Notes under the pieces: model-generated
Databases searched by the model: none
The model's input: only the letters and a program-made list of their open reading frames with translations
Told to the model about the DNA's origin: nothing
Shown here: positions 17,825 to 26,227 of the stretch, piece after piece
Position numbering within the stretch: the first letter of the stretch is position 1
Layout of the letters: every line of letters starts with the position of its first letter
Assembly (NCBI GenBank): GCA_022729235.1
Contig: JALDAJ010000001.1
Coordinates: 288,001 to 352,000 of the forward strand
Length of the DNA stretch: 64,000 nucleotides
Source of the DNA: Candidatus Nanohalarchaeota archaeon
Lineage (GTDB): Archaea > Nanohalarchaeota > Nanosalinia > Nanosalinales > Nanosalinaceae
Direction of reading: 5' to 3'
Translations under genes and position numbers: made by a program

Positions 17825-18103
17825 CTACTCCTGGGTGATGTCGATCTGGATCGATGATACGTCCAGTTCCTCTCCTTCGTCAGTCTCGATCTGGTCTGTG
17901 TCGATCGAGATGTCATCAACTACTGCGTCCTCGATGAATTTTCTCTTGACCATTTCTGCGACGTCCACTGCCCGGGAGATAGCTTTTCCTCGAGCTTTAA
18001 CGTGGACAGGGTCCTGTCCTTCACTGAATTGGGTTACTACCGCGAGAACGTAGCTCATCGCGGGTTTGGAACCAACGTATACCGTGTTGTCGTCTTCTGC
18101 CAC
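17825..18103 (-). CDS. albA: Chromatin/RNA-binding protein Alba
   Basis: [30 protein letters not shown] and VSSIQI motifs. Confidence 0.95.
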   Translation of the reverse strand: MAEDDNTVYVGSKPAMSYVLAVVTQFSEGQDPVHVKARGKAISRAVDVAEMVKRKFIEDAVVDDISIDTDQIETDEGEELDVSSIQIDITQE

Positions 18104-18149
18104 TGGTGATCACCTAGCTCTATATTGGCAGATAACTGATAAAAATGGT

Positions 18150-19175
18150 TCAGTCCATGTCGTGGTCGTACTCGAAGATGAAATGTAAAGTATCTTCATT
18201 GGCGCTAGCACCCATAACTTCTTTCTCCGAATCAGAGAGGTCGAACTCCAGGGTAGCGCCGGTTACCTGTGAAGTTGCTTCAACATCGAATTCCTGCCCG
18301 TCAAACTCTTCCTTGCATTCACCATCCTCCTCAAAGATGTCCTCGTCCTGCTCTATCTCTTCATCCTCCGGACATTCTATCTCCTTTGTTCCTGTGCAAT
18401 CATCGATATCTTCATCAGTTATGGAGGTATCAAAATCGAAATCCGTGGAAGTATCCAGTTCTATCCATCCCGGTAAGTCAACTCCTCCCGAGATCCCGCT
18501 GGCAAGTCCATTGTTCTGGACAGCGCTGTTTTCCGCCCTTTCTCTTGCTGTGTCCCGGTAGGAGTCACTATCCAGATCTTCCTCACAGCTATCGGTAGAT
18601 GCGGGGCGAGTTGCCTCAGCCCATGAATCAGGGAGATCGTCCGTATCCATCTCTTCTCTCAGCTCCAGGGCAGCTTCCACGAGAAGCATGTACCGGTTCT
18701 CAGTATTGTTAACGGTTATCTCTTCTTCTAGGTATACCTCTGCCTGGGTCGATGTCGAGTCACAGATGACAGAGGAACGGCTGAAGGATAGCGTGATTTC
18801 TCTATCTTCATATTCGACACCGGCTAGTTCTGGATTCTCACATCCGAAAACCCGGTTTCTATCCTGGATTTTTGAGGCGATATCCTGCTCAAGTTCGCCA
18901 CGTATGCTCTCTATATCCGGGGCATCGTTCCAGCTCCTGGTCTGCTGTCCAAGTTCAAAAGCCACAGTATTGAAGGAGATATTGATGTCATCAGGAAGTT
19001 TCTCAGTGTAAATATCTGCTTTTACCTGCGACTCTGTAATCGTGTGTACGTCACCGCCGTAATATGAAACCGTCTCCCTCACCTCATGAGTCGAGTATAC
19101 CGATGATAGAAATCCTCCGAGCGTTATGGAAACCGCAGTCATAACCATCAGAAGACTTAAAGCCTCTCCCTTCAC
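18150..19175 (-). CDS. Large minor-pilin-like protein
   Basis: MKG| followed by a hydrophobic helix; acidic Cys-containing head; GTGA overlap with the upstream gene. Confidence 0.7.
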   Translation of the reverse strand: MKGEALSLLMVMTAVSITLGGFLSSVYSTHEVRETVSYYGGDVHTITESQVKADIYTEKLPDDINISFNTVAFELGQQTRSWNDAPDIESIRGELEQDIASKIQDRNRVFGCENPELAGVEYEDREITLSFSRSSVICDSTSTQAEVYLEEEITVNNTENRYMLLVEAALELREEMDTDDLPDSWAEATRPASTDSCEEDLDSDSYRDTARERAENSAVQNNGLASGISGGVDLPGWIELDTSTDFDFDTSITDEDIDDCTGTKEIECPEDEEIEQDEDIFEEDGECKEEFDGQEFDVEATSQVTGATLEFDLSDSEKEVMGASANEDTLHFIFEYDHDMD

Positions 19176-19600
19176 GAACTCGGCACCTCCACTGTAACCC
19201 TTACTGGACCTTCAACAGTAGGGACGTATGCTGATGACCTTACAGAAGGATTTCCCTCCTCCACCTCTATATTTTTTTCATCCACAGCGAACCGGTATTC
19301 CTCATGCGCACTTCCCAGCACTTCTTCTGCACGTTCCTCGATATCCTGCCCGGCATCAGTTCTCTCGTTACCGCTCATCGCCGGGTAATAGAAGAGGGTG
19401 TCCATGACATCCGGGTTCTCTGACTTCAGGATATTATTCATGGCGATCGCGGACTGGAATTCCGCGTTCGAGTGGTGTAACTCGGCGTATATAGCTCCTT
19501 CTACCGGGGTAGATGCCATGATAAAAAGCAGGTAAAATATCAGTAACGACAGGACTGCACTCCCGACTATGACCGTTACCAAGTCTATACTGCCTTTCAC
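19172..19600 (-). CDS. Pilin-like protein
   Basis: MKG|SIDLVTVIVGSAVLSLL. Confidence 0.75.
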   Translation of the reverse strand: MKGSIDLVTVIVGSAVLSLLIFYLLFIMASTPVEGAIYAELHHSNAEFQSAIAMNNILKSENPDVMDTLFYYPAMSGNERTDAGQDIEERAEEVLGSAHEEYRFAVDEKNIEVEEGNPSVRSSAYVPTVEGPVRVTVEVPSS

Positions 19601-20001
19601 GGTCCCGGGAACACCTCCAGTTTCTTGACTTCTTCATCCTCTTCCTCCTCATACTGGACCAACACAGAAGTCTCGAGCGGGACAATATCAACCATCCCAC
19701 AGGTATCATCTATATCCAGTAGAAACTCTCCATCGGCGAACAACGGCAGGTCGGTCGTGCATCCGACTCCCTCGTCATCATACAGCAACTCCTGAATATC
19801 ATCTTCGACTGTCACAACTCCAAGACGTTCATCCCGGTTCAGGAAGTAGAAAGTCCCTGCGGCAGCTTCGCCGTGGAACTCCGAGATCTGTATGAGATCC
19901 TCTACCTGTGCCTGTATCCCGGTCAACATCAGGGTTATCATAAAAGTAATAGCCACTATCCCGACAATCCAGGGGAGAACCTTTCTGACGTTCAACTGCA
20001 C
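19597..20001 (-). CDS. Pilin-like or single-TM protein (start uncertain, GTG 20001 or TTG 19995)
   Basis: N-terminal hydrophobic helix; coupled within the pilin operon; no KG site. Confidence 0.65.
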   Translation of the reverse strand: MQLNVRKVLPWIVGIVAITFMITLMLTGIQAQVEDLIQISEFHGEAAAGTFYFLNRDERLGVVTVEDDIQELLYDDEGVGCTTDLPLFADGEFLLDIDDTCGMVDIVPLETSVLVQYEEEEDEEVKKLEVFPGP

Positions 20002-20381
20002 TCACCTGTGCTTAGATGGGGTTGTAAACCGGATTTACTTATGCAGAGCTGGTCGAACTCCTCTCCGAGCTCATCTTCATCGTACCTGAAACGGATACCC
20101 GGGTCGATCATCTCAGAGCTATCTCCGGTGTTCAAGAAGAGATCTCCGTCAGATTCTTCCAGGACGAAATCTGTTCTGAAGTTCAGTGTTATATCCGCTT
20201 CATCCATAGAATCCGCCATATAGACCGCGTGGGACACCCTGTTAGTGATCATCGGCAGAGCCTCCTCTGCGATTGCATCTTCTACACCCATGACCGACTC
20301 TACTCCTATCCCCAGGACCGATACCGACATTATCGATCCCAGTACTATCAGGACTGTCGGTACAGTTGCAAATCCTTTCAT
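19992..20381 (-). CDS. Pilin-like protein
   Basis: MKG|FATVPTVLIVLG. Confidence 0.75.
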   Translation of the reverse strand: MKGFATVPTVLIVLGSIMSVSVLGIGVESVMGVEDAIAEEALPMITNRVSHAVYMADSMDEADITLNFRTDFVLEESDGDLFLNTGDSSEMIDPGIRFRYDEDELGEEFDQLCISKSGLQPHLSTGECS

Positions 20382-20776
20382 CCAAAACTTACCTCGCCCT
20401 CTGACTCATAATTAATCGTGACTTGAGTATTTTCACCGCCCTCGAACCCGTCTGAGCCAGCAACAGAGCAGTGAATATCCTCAGTCCTTTCTTGATTACC
20501 GTCTACCTTAAATATCGCGTTATCTCCGTCAATCTTTATCTCCTCGTCATCATCAAGATCTATGAGAACAGTATCGCTTCCTCCTTCATCACCGCAAACC
20601 TCGTTTATACTAGAGACAAGGTCGTTAAAAGGGCTTTGACCGCCGGAAAGAACATCTGCATCTCCCATCACACCCATCCATATCGACTGGAGTGCTGCCA
20701 GACCCATGGTCGCAGATATAGCGCTAGCTATCAATCCTGTAACTATTATAATCGACGCTGCCTCTCCCTTACGCAA
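20378..20776 (-). CDS. Pilin-like protein
   Basis: TTG at 20776 with a GGAGGTG SD gives MRKG|EAASIIIVTGLI. Confidence 0.75.
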   Translation of the reverse strand: MRKGEAASIIIVTGLIASAISATMGLAALQSIWMGVMGDADVLSGGQSPFNDLVSSINEVCGDEGGSDTVLIDLDDDEEIKIDGDNAIFKVDGNQERTEDIHCSVAGSDGFEGGENTQVTINYESEGEVSFG

Positions 20777-20991
20777 TCCGGACACCTCCCTGAAACCGAC
20801 CTTACATCAGAGTTTTGAACAACTGCTGAAACGTCTTCGGCATCATCTTCTGACTCTCCAACGTATTCATCGTAAAGCTCATCAATCGAGTCCTCACTCA
20901 ACTCAACGGTACCTGCTAAAACCGAGTAAACAGCTACGATAGCCAGGACTGCAAGTATAAAGGCGATTATTATGCCAGATTCCTTGTTCAC
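20746..20991 (-). CDS. Small single-TM pilin-like protein
   Basis: MNKESGIIIAFILAVLAIVAV; overlaps the next gene. Confidence 0.6.
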   Translation of the reverse strand: MNKESGIIIAFILAVLAIVAVYSVLAGTVELSEDSIDELYDEYVGESEDDAEDVSAVVQNSDVRSVSGRCPDCVRERQRRL

Positions 20992-21110
20992 AGGTTACCC
21001 CCCACAAACTCAAGCAGTGCGTCCGTATGGTTTTCCACCATTATAGCCAGGGCTACCAGTATAACAATTCCGATTACAAACGACAGCACAACCCATAGAG
21101 ACCGATCCAC
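20988..21110 (-). CDS. 40-aa single-TM microprotein (not in ORF track)
   Basis: MDRSLWVVLSFVIGIVILVALAIMVENHTDALLEFVGGNL; GTGA stop/start overlap with the 20991 gene. Confidence 0.7.
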   Translation of the reverse strand: MDRSLWVVLSFVIGIVILVALAIMVENHTDALLEFVGGNL

Positions 21111-21149
21111 TAGTAAAGTCTTTAATCCTCAGGAGTTTAAATAAAATCC

Positions 21150-21302
21150 TTACTCCCCGTTCTCGCCGCCGCCCAGAACCTCCATGATCTCCCCTACACC
21201 CTGCTCCATACCCGAGGAAACCATACCATACAGCAGCGCTATGAACATCACTACCAGCACGATACCCGCCACTATATGAACCGGTCTAGTCTCACCCTTC
21301 AT
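21150..21302 (-). CDS. 50-aa minimal pilin
   Basis: MKG|ETRPVHIVAGIVLVVMFIALLYGMV. Confidence 0.7.
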   Translation of the reverse strand: MKGETRPVHIVAGIVLVVMFIALLYGMVSSGMEQGVGEIMEVLGGGENGE

Positions 21303-21325
21303 CCTGGCGCTTCTAAGTAAGGTCT

Positions 21326-23752
21326 CTATGAGCATCCTAACGGCTCACCTTCCACAGTGAAACTTGTTACCTCAGTACTCCCGCTTCTCTCTTCAAGCAT
21401 AACACTCTCTACTCTTTTCTCCGAAACCTCGAGCGTCCTCTCATAGCTCCGGTCACCTCCAGCTAAATCCACAAGTAACTCATCCTCATCATAGTTCTCA
21501 ACAATCAACTCAAACTCCTCCACATCAAAGAAAACCTGACCCCCAGTCCCTCTTATATCAGTCATAGCAAAATGATTCTCACTTATCGCCGCCGCATTAG
21601 TGTCTGCATCTAGAATATCTCGAGGATCCGTTACTGTCAGATCTACTTCAACCTGCAAGAAAGCATCTTCAGGACCTTTATCTAGTCTCTCTGTACCACC
21701 TATGGTAGGGCGTTCGATAGCAAAGTAAGTAGATAGGTCATGCGCTCCTGATGTATCAACGATCAAGTTTCCATTGTCATCTATCCGGTAGTCTATTTCT
21801 ATCCTAAATAAATCCTCTTGATCTTCGTCATCCTCATCTTGATCTTCCTGCTTTATACCTACGATAATCTCGCTGTCAGTACCTAAATCACTGACACTGC
21901 TGGGACTAGCGATATACGGTTCTAAGTCTATATCCACAAGAGGAATAAGCCGTAATGTCACATCATCCAGCGCTCCCAGCGAATCAGAAGGTTCTACAGG
22001 CGTGACTATAATATCCTGTCTACCGGTTGAATCAAACCTCTTCTCAAAGGTGTTATCCTCTCCGAATCTCTCAAGATTGTAAACGTATTCATCACTTGCT
22101 CCGCCCTGATACATTTCTGTTATATCGTATTCATCATGATCCAGGCTCAGACCTAGACAGTCCACCGGGTCGACCGCGAGTTCTGGACGGTAAAACTCTG
22201 TATCGATCCATTCTACGCCGAGAAGTTCCTGTGTATCATGCTGTTCGAGCGCGGTATAGATAGGTATTTCCTGCATCTCTCCATCAGCCTCTCCAAGCTC
22301 GATTATCTCTGGCTCTGGAACCTCAAACTCACCTTCATCATTTATATCAAACCGTGAAATACTTGGCTCCGGGAGTTCCTCTCCATCTGCATCCTTTAGA
22401 GAGGTGCCAATTCCGATATAACTTAAAACATCTTCCAAACAGTTGTCGGCACCCGATTCTACCTCAACCCTTGGATAGACTACGTCCCTGAATATCGGGT
22501 CATCATCGCTGTACTGTTTTCTCTCATGGTTGATATCCGCTCCAGCATTAGCCTGCACAAAGCCCTCAGAGCCTTCACATACTAGATACTCCAGATTATT
22601 AGCCAAGTACCTGTGCTCTTGTATTAAATCGCCCTTATCAAGAAATTCCTCTACGTCAAATTCGTCAGAAGTAATAGTTGGGACATTAACCATCCTTACA
22701 CGGAACGCGTTCATGCTCTCAGGCCATCCGCCTTCACCAAAGTTGTAATCGTATAATCCTGTTCCTCTTCCATCTCTAACATCAAGTTCAAATCTCCCTT
22801 CACCGATACTATATTTCCACGCTCTCTCCCCAAAGGATAGGAGCATCGGTCCTTTAACACGATAAGCTGTGTCAGAGGTAGTTTCCACTTCATCTTCTTC
22901 AGGGTCAACCCAGTGAGGATTATCGGAGTTCTCCCAGTACTCCAATGTCTCTTCCGTGGTTAAAACCCCTTCCGGATAGAAGACAGCTGCTCTCTCCGCA
23001 CGTGTGAAGTCAGGAGCATTTTCATCTGTAATACCGCTATCGACGAGTTTTTCGTTGAGATGCATAGCCATAAGCCCAATATCTTCTATCACAAATGTTT
23101 GTTCATTTTCAAACCCGGTTGCTCCGTAAATTCCTTGAGCTGAGTGTTCCTCCCATTCTGACAATCCTAAGTCATCCAGCGAAACCATTCCTGAAATGAA
23201 ACTCAACGGATCAGTGACTATAGGATCTGCTCCCATGCAGTCCCCCGTGAAGGAGGTTTCTTTAACTAGGGTCTTGAGCGGATCTTCTTTCTCCTCATCG
23301 TCTTTCTCACCCCATCCGAAGTAAGTAAATTGACCCCCATCATCACCATCCAACATGCTATCTAGTTCATCACCGCTTTCCGTATCCAAGTCGTCCACAT
23401 CTACATCGACAAGGTGCATCTGTAAGTCCTCCGGTCCCAATTCGTTCTCTCCTGAAGAGGCAGGCTCCGGATCAAATTCATCATGCTGGTAGACCATCGA
23501 CCCGTAGGCACACTGCTGGGCGGCGAGCATGTTCCAGACCACTAGTCCGCGGAACTGTTTTTCTGCCTCATACGGGTCTTCAACGTCTTCTCCTATCGTC
23601 ACCACGCCGTCCAGTGACTGGAGCTGTTCCATTAGATTATTCGTCCTTGGTTCGAGCGAGTGGTCGGTTATGGTTGTGAGGGCTCCGATAAACGCCGCTC
23701 CTATCATGACCGCGACCGCCATGACACCGACATTGCTGATGATTCCTTTCAT
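21326..23752 (-). CDS. 808-aa pilin-leader protein, putative pilus-associated adhesin
   Basis: MKG|IISNVGVMAVAVMIGAAF followed by a large acidic extracellular region. Confidence 0.7.
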   Translation of the reverse strand: MKGIISNVGVMAVAVMIGAAFIGALTTITDHSLEPRTNNLMEQLQSLDGVVTIGEDVEDPYEAEKQFRGLVVWNMLAAQQCAYGSMVYQHDEFDPEPASSGENELGPEDLQMHLVDVDVDDLDTESGDELDSMLDGDDGGQFTYFGWGEKDDEEKEDPLKTLVKETSFTGDCMGADPIVTDPLSFISGMVSLDDLGLSEWEEHSAQGIYGATGFENEQTFVIEDIGLMAMHLNEKLVDSGITDENAPDFTRAERAAVFYPEGVLTTEETLEYWENSDNPHWVDPEEDEVETTSDTAYRVKGPMLLSFGERAWKYSIGEGRFELDVRDGRGTGLYDYNFGEGGWPESMNAFRVRMVNVPTITSDEFDVEEFLDKGDLIQEHRYLANNLEYLVCEGSEGFVQANAGADINHERKQYSDDDPIFRDVVYPRVEVESGADNCLEDVLSYIGIGTSLKDADGEELPEPSISRFDINDEGEFEVPEPEIIELGEADGEMQEIPIYTALEQHDTQELLGVEWIDTEFYRPELAVDPVDCLGLSLDHDEYDITEMYQGGASDEYVYNLERFGEDNTFEKRFDSTGRQDIIVTPVEPSDSLGALDDVTLRLIPLVDIDLEPYIASPSSVSDLGTDSEIIVGIKQEDQDEDDEDQEDLFRIEIDYRIDDNGNLIVDTSGAHDLSTYFAIERPTIGGTERLDKGPEDAFLQVEVDLTVTDPRDILDADTNAAAISENHFAMTDIRGTGGQVFFDVEEFELIVENYDEDELLVDLAGGDRSYERTLEVSEKRVESVMLEERSGSTEVTSFTVEGEPLGCS

Positions 23753-23753
23753 G

Positions 23754-23936
23754 TTAGCACATCTCTATCCCTGTGGCTTCGGCTATCACGTTGTGGAGGT
23801 TTGTGCATCCAAGATATGATTGTTCGGCACCGGATATAAGACCAGGGATAATAGACAGTATGACCCATAGAAGGAATGCTGCAAGGAGGAATCCTACAAG
23901 TGTCCAGACAGAATAATCAGCTATACCCTTTCTCAT
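23754..23936 (-). CDS. 60-aa pilin
   Basis: MRKG|IADYSVWTLVGFLLAAFLL with a C-terminal Cys pair. Confidence 0.75.
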   Translation of the reverse strand: MRKGIADYSVWTLVGFLLAAFLLWVILSIIPGLISGAEQSYLGCTNLHNVIAEATGIEMC

Positions 23937-24022
23937 ACCGGTAAAGCCCCCGTCCAGAGTTTTAACAGCGCTGCAGCGATAACTACGGCGGCGACTATGC
24001 TAGCTAATATCTTTGGCTCCAC
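23933..24022 (-). CDS. 29-aa single-TM microprotein (not in ORF track)
   Basis: GTG start, MEPKILASIVAAVVIAAALLKLWTGALPV; ATGA overlap with the downstream pilin; fills the gap after the platform gene. Confidence 0.6.
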   Translation of the reverse strand: MEPKILASIVAAVVIAAALLKLWTGALPV

Positions 24023-24029
24023 ACCACCT

Positions 24030-26222
24030 TTACGCATCCGCGATTCCACCTATCATACCTCCGAACAGCAGCGCCACTATCAGCAGGGTTATGGTGTAGA
24101 AGAACATTCCTGAAATAAGTATTTTTCCGATGAACATGTTGCGGTAGGTTACGTTCTCTCCCTCTGCTATCTTCATGTAGAACGTTCCAAGAATGTATAG
24201 GAGCTGTATCAGGTATATGCCGACCACGAACTGCAGGAGTTCGGGTTGGATAGCCGCGTCCAGGTTACCAAGGATTCCTGAGAACTCCGCGCCCTCGGCT
24301 CCACCCCCGGCACCGTCTCCAGGCAGTTCCTGTGAAGCACCTTGGAATTGCTGTGAAAGCCCGAACATCGCTGTGATTATGGTTTGGGACATTCCGACCG
24401 CGACCCCGGAAACTATCGGCGCAAGCAGGTACGCCAGCATCTGGATAGTGGTCATCGTCTCCTCCATCAAATCGTTGAGTTGTTCCTGTGTCCTGTGGAT
24501 GTTATCCAGGTAGCGCGAGATCGTTGTCATCGCCATCGCCGCCACGTGAGTTCCTTTCTCCGAGGACTCAAGTATCGCTTTCATAACAGTCTGTATCATC
24601 TGGCTGGGGAACTCCTGGAGCGCGCCGTATTTCTCGTTGAATACAGCATCTTCAAAGGTCATACCCATCTCCTCGACGTTTCTCGATGCTTTCCCGAAAA
24701 GGTCTGATATCTCGAGGTCGGACGTTGCTTCCGATGCCTGTTTCAAGGCAACCTCAATCGGCGTTCCACCCGAAATCTTGTTCCCCAGCTGGAAGAGGGC
24801 GGTCGGGAACTGGCTCTCGATCTCTCTCAGGTGGTTCTCTGCGTTCCTCCTCTCGATGCTACCAAGTATCAGCACTAATCCTATACCCCATCCTATCCCC
24901 AGGGTTATCGAGACGCTCCTGAGAAGCAGCGGGATTGGGTTGAGGCTGTCTCCTGAGAGAAACATCGTAGGCACCATGCCCGGGTCGACATTCGGGACAG
25001 GATAGAAGAACGGAGCTGTTAGGTAACCGACCATGCCGTACAGCGCGATGATGAAGAAAACCGCGACACCGACCGGCCAGACCGGGACCCGGAACTCGCT
25101 TTCTCCTACAGTGAACGTATACTTGCCGCGTTCAGGCAGGCTATCTGTACTGACAGCCTGTGAAGATACTGTTGGAGGTCTTGAGGATAGTATGCGTTGC
25201 ATGAACCAGTACAGGAATCCTGGGAGAAGGAAGTTGAACAGGACTATCAGGTGGAGCGGTCTTATCACATCACCCATGAATACGGAGATCAGAGGGAGCA
25301 TTATCATGCCGAGAACCGGAAGCATAGCACCCATCGCGTTGAGTATCATTACCGGCGTCTTCAGGGACTGGGCGTAGTGCTTCATCTTCTCCTGTGTACC
25401 ATCCAGGATGCGGTCGATAGCGTCCTGCAGGAGCTGTTCTCTGCGGTCCGAGTCAGGGTCATTCATCGCCGCCTGCAGTAGCTGCAGAGACTCCAGGAAG
25501 TCATCATTGAATCCTTTCCAGTTACGGGTATAATCGTTCAGCGCGTCTTCTATACGGTTGAAATTTCCGATCTCCACCTTCCAGAGAACTCCTTTTAGAT
25601 CCTTAGATATCGGTCCTTCAAGGTTTAAAGCGGCGAACCGTACTGCGCCCTCGAGGTTAGGTGATGAGCGCATGTAGACAACCATGTAGAGTATCGCGAG
25701 AATCATCTCCCCGCTGCTCCTGATAACCTTGTTCTTCGCCGCGTATATCGGCTTGTAGTAGGTGTATACGCCTGCAGTGAGAGGTATCGAAAGCAGGAGA
25801 AGCATCAGGGAGTTCGGCAGAAGGTACCCGAGTAAAACGTTTAAGCCGAAAAGCAGGAACCAAAGTGTGAAAGATACAAAACCTGTGAACACTGCTGCCG
25901 ATAAGACCATTCCAGGCGTTACGTCCCAGTCAAGCAGTCTTAGAGAAGGAGTAAGTTTGTCTCTAGTCGTCTCTCCCGCACTGATACTTAGTATCGATCC
26001 AGATTTTATGCATAGTTTTTCGTAAAACGTTTTCTCCCTCTCCCTTACCTCCTCTTCACGGTACTCCTGGTACTCCTTCGAATAACCCTGTCTCGACGAG
26101 GTGTTGTACGGAGGTTGCTCCACGTCTCTTTCCAGGTTATCAACTATCTCTCGTATCCTGTCCTTTTCCTCATCATCCAGACCGTCGCGTTCATCATCTC
26201 CGATTCTGTTGTCTTCACTCAT
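24030..26222 (-). CDS. Type IV pilus membrane platform protein (PilC/TadBC/FlaJ-like, fused double domain)
   Basis: Two T2SSF-like repeats (YMRSSPNLEGAVRFAA; FPTALFQLGNKISGGTPIEVAL) and multiple TMs; adjacent to the ATPase. Confidence 0.88.
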   Translation of the reverse strand: MSEDNRIGDDERDGLDDEEKDRIREIVDNLERDVEQPPYNTSSRQGYSKEYQEYREEEVREREKTFYEKLCIKSGSILSISAGETTRDKLTPSLRLLDWDVTPGMVLSAAVFTGFVSFTLWFLLFGLNVLLGYLLPNSLMLLLLSIPLTAGVYTYYKPIYAAKNKVIRSSGEMILAILYMVVYMRSSPNLEGAVRFAALNLEGPISKDLKGVLWKVEIGNFNRIEDALNDYTRNWKGFNDDFLESLQLLQAAMNDPDSDRREQLLQDAIDRILDGTQEKMKHYAQSLKTPVMILNAMGAMLPVLGMIMLPLISVFMGDVIRPLHLIVLFNFLLPGFLYWFMQRILSSRPPTVSSQAVSTDSLPERGKYTFTVGESEFRVPVWPVGVAVFFIIALYGMVGYLTAPFFYPVPNVDPGMVPTMFLSGDSLNPIPLLLRSVSITLGIGWGIGLVLILGSIERRNAENHLREIESQFPTALFQLGNKISGGTPIEVALKQASEATSDLEISDLFGKASRNVEEMGMTFEDAVFNEKYGALQEFPSQMIQTVMKAILESSEKGTHVAAMAMTTISRYLDNIHRTQEQLNDLMEETMTTIQMLAYLLAPIVSGVAVGMSQTIITAMFGLSQQFQGASQELPGDGAGGGAEGAEFSGILGNLDAAIQPELLQFVVGIYLIQLLYILGTFYMKIAEGENVTYRNMFIGKILISGMFFYTITLLIVALLFGGMIGGIADA

Positions 26223-26227
26223 CTAAC

